Source of the DNA: Salisapilia sapeloensis CBS 127946
Taxonomy: Eukaryota; Protista; Oomycota
Assembly (NCBI GenBank): GCA_023334545.1
Contig: JAADVB010000214.1
Span: 1 to 32,423 of the forward strand
Direction: 5' to 3'
Length of the DNA stretch: 32,423 nucleotides
Part shown: positions 29,751 to 32,423 of the stretch, one piece after another
Numbering within the stretch: position 1 is the first letter of the stretch
How the letters are laid out: each line of letters opens with the position of its first letter
The notes under the pieces: generated by a model
Told to the model about the DNA's origin: nothing
What the model saw: the letters and a program-made list of their open reading frames with translations, nothing else
The model's database searches: none
Position numbers and translations under genes: made by a program

Positions 29751-31831
29751 AAAATGAGAGCTCGAGGTGTCCGAGGTTCCGGTGATCCGGAAGGAAAATT
29801 GTTCGTGTTAGGAAACTGCAAGTAGAGCAAGAGTAGCGACATCTTTCCCTCGTGGAAGATGAAGCACTCCCGGCTATAGATGCGTGCTTGGAAGATGTGT
29901 GACTCTGGAGGATGGCACTGACCGCACTCCAGGCTAGTGAGATCGGACATCGATCATGCATGCGCCTATCTCTACTGCACCCGTGTGGGATCGCGCAGAG
30001 TTACCATCTACTACTGAGAACGGACACTCCGGTGAGCTGGGCGCCAGCTGAAGATCACCAGCTGTCCAGTTCGTCAGTATCGCCTTTGCCCTCGTTGTAA
30101 GGTTCTCCCCATTCTGCTTGTGCTTTTATTCTTTAGGTGCTTTGGTTGTCGATAGATACTGTCGCCGTTGGAAGGTATCAGTTACTAGCGTCGGTAGAGG
30201 TAGAGAAGGCAACCTTGTTTGACTGATTGGTCACTCGCTTGAGACGGACGACCGAAGCGTCAATCGAGACCACTTCAACAAGTCAATTGCTCTGTTCCTG
30301 ATCGGATCCGAGTTGGCTGATTTAGTAAGAAGGTGGCGGTAGACTAATCTTCAATGAAAAGCACAGATCTTGTAATGGGTACTCGCTAATTCAACCACAA
30401 TGCCTTCGTTCCTTTCGCATTCATGAAGATGTCTGTGACGTTTAGACTGTATTGGCAGAGGTCATGGACTAGTGGAGCTAGCATGTGGGAGGGTAGCAAG
30501 AGATAGAAGCAAAATATACACGAATATGTATTCTATGTCGACTATAGAGTCATCAGCGCAACAGGCAGAGTAAGGTCTTTTAATACTTTAGTAGACACGG
30601 ATAAGTCTATACTTGTATCCTGAAAACTTTATTCATAGGAAGGAGACCTTTACGCAGTACTAAACGCTTAGTAAAAGTATCTAGCTAGAGGAACTTGATA
30701 GACGTAAAACAGTCACGTATACGTCCGACATCTTTCGATCCGATCTGATAAGAAATGATCGATTGCCACTTCTACATATTACTTGCTGCGTCCTGGCGTG
30801 CGTGCTAGACTGGAGCAAGGCATGAGGGTGTGAAGACGTGGACAAAATGCACTCGCCCACGTCGACAGCCTAGTGCTAGACGAGCCGTTGTCTGTACTCT
30901 TTATATTTTGTTGCTGGATGTAGTCGCCAGTATCGAAGTTTAAAGAGCGGTGACATCATGCTAACGCCATTCGTCGTGCTAGTAGAGTGTGTGTGGATTG
31001 TTTCATGATCGTTCTAAATCCATTCTGATCGTTCGTCTGTGTCAGATCGGCATGTCTGTAAGATGAGTCGTCTGATCATCCAGAACGCTTCGAGCTTTAC
31101 CAACCGACAAAGATGGTAATCTACCATAAAGCTTACTTTTTTAAAGGCATCGTTCCTTCTTTACTCGTTTGAGTAATAGAGGCGGCCATATATGGGCATA
31201 GTCGCTCGCAACTCGCGCTTGTCTGAACCATAGATTGTATGGAAACCTCGGAAGTTTCTATCTTTCCATGCGTTAAACTGCAAAGATCGCGTTTTATCTC
31301 GCCTTCAGTATGCACAAGATACGCGATCTAATAGTCACGGAATCGCATGTGACGTAGACAAAGATACTTCTGCTTCACATGGATAAAGGGATGTAGTTTG
31401 GCTTTAGGCCTGCGTATTTACACTATATCTTACAGCTTGTGCATTGACACTAGTCCAAGTATTTCTATTCGAATATATTTTCATGCAATTGAGCTATATT
31501 GCTAACGGGCACGCCAGAGATGTGCTGGAAATCGCCTTGAGCTATCCTTCCCAGAAACCGCTTGAGTGGGTGAGTGCCAAGCGTCTGTGTCCGAACACGA
31601 GGCATACGTATAAATATTGGTGGATAGCTTTAAGCATGCCGTTGGCCCCAGGGTATCTTTGATTTTGGCGTTCATTGTGGCTCCTACCAACAGCTTATAA
31701 TACACTTAACCATTGCATTTGACAATATCTTGGCTATCTTATTCTCGTCTCCATCCTGACGCATGCAAGTGAGTCATCCACCTTGTCTGTCGTATCCATA
31801 AAATATGCAAAAGCCGTCCTCAAAGGTGGTG

Positions 31832-31837
31832 AAAAAA
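31832..31837 (-). terminator. RNA polymerase III terminator (T6) of the tRNA gene
   Basis: TTTTTT on the minus strand, 4 nt downstream of the tRNA discriminator base. Confidence 0.8.
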
Positions 31838-31841
31838 TAAG

Positions 31842-31913
31842 CTCCCCGACCGGGAATTGAACCCGGGTCACCCGCGTGACAGGCGGGTATACTAGCCACT
31901 ATACTATCGAGGA
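31842..31913 (-). tRNA. trnD-GTC: tRNA-Asp (GTC), 72 nt, no intron
   Basis: TCCTCGATAGTATAGTGGCTAGTATACCCGCCTGTCACGCGGGTGACCCGGGTTCAATTCCCGGTCGGGGAG. Acceptor stem TCCTCGA/TCGGGGA, anticodon stem CCCGC/GCGGG around CT-GTC-AC, T-loop GGTTCAATTCC, discriminator G. Confidence 0.97.
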
Positions 31914-32250
31914 TTGCTGAAAATTGGCTTTCTTAATAAATATATAAAGCACAAAAAACGAATATACTCTGCTACAGCACTACTATGCATACTGAAATCA
32001 AGTATTTGTCGGCAGGAGGATCCGAATCTACAGTTCGTTGCCAAAGACTACTCTCTCTTCTCAACATGGAAATATAGACTAGAGAAGGGTTTCTACTAGC
32101 CTTTTACAACCAAATTTCAGCATAACAAACGCAACAATAGATTTCAAATCTAAACGTTTCTATACATTGATTCTTTCGTTCCTATAACGAGCGTCCTCTC
32201 TTTCGTCCTCCAAACATTTTCGTATCTATACATCCTCTACATCTCCACGC

Positions 32251-32423
32251 TTATCGGCGAACAGCCTTGTTCTCGTCCTTCTCGAACAAAGCGTCGAACT
32301 GACGAGACTGGTTGATCGGGTTCTTTTGCAAATTCGCCATGCGGAAGCGGAACTGACGCCACGCACTTCCACGGTCGTCCTCGTGATGCAGCTCCGACGT
32401 ACGAGCATTCTTGTTAAAATAGA
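32251..32423 (-). CDS. 3' end of a small protein, possibly B12D/NDUFA4-like; 5' part outside window
   Basis: An open frame from the window edge, in a different frame from the ORF-track call, reads YFNKNARTSELHHEDDRGSAWRQFRFRMANLQKNPINQSRQFDALFEKDENKAVRR*. It resembles the post-transmembrane part of B12D/NDUFA4 proteins. The family call is from memory of the pattern only. Confidence 0.5.
   Translation of the reverse strand, partial: YFNKNARTSELHHEDDRGSAWRQFRFRMANLQKNPINQSRQFDALFEKDENKAVRR

Noticed and set aside
29912-31800. Short ORFs and GATC-rich patches upstream of the JEN gene
   Set aside because: No motifs, no consistent frame and no periodic repeat; treated as ordinary intergenic or regulatory DNA.
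32226-32408. ORF-track call of 60 aa (MLVRRSCITR...)
   Set aside because: The neighbouring frame, open from the window edge to the TAA at 32251, has protein-like composition and is the more likely real CDS.

Overview
Eukaryotic, gene-dense window. It is most likely from an oomycete (stramenopile); that is inferred from gene content, codon style and a fungal-type JEN transporter. Left cluster (1-9.5 kb): LRR protein (partial), 4-exon cytosolic carboxypeptidase (tubulin deglutamylase family), 4-exon EngB/YsxC GTPase and an intronless P4-ATPase flippase. Centre (about 9.6-19.1 kb): no intact gene. It has a very AT-rich core (about 12.5-15.5 kb), a decayed reading frame and a recognisable alpha/beta-hydrolase pseudogene. 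Right cluster (19.2-29.7 kb): TPR + 2x dsRNA-binding-domain protein, RNASEK/V-ATPase-subunit-f-like small membrane protein, RNPS1/SR45-like splicing factor, an orphan protein, a RING-Tubby protein, a NOXRED1-like Rossmann protein, a 6-exon Apd1/Aim32-type [2Fe-2S] protein that the ORF track shows only as fragments, and a JEN1-family carboxylate transporter. The window ends with tRNA-Asp(GTC) and the 3' end of a probable B12D/NDUFA4-like gene. Main leads: the ferredoxin stop is followed in frame, 18 nt later, by the NAD(P)-binding ORF; the TPR-dsRBD and RING-Tubby domain fusions; and 13 of 15 manually reconstructed introns ending in TAG rather than CAG, which suggests a CAG->TAG mutational process. 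Exon models, counts and GC values are hand-derived. Family calls come from motif recognition, not database searches.
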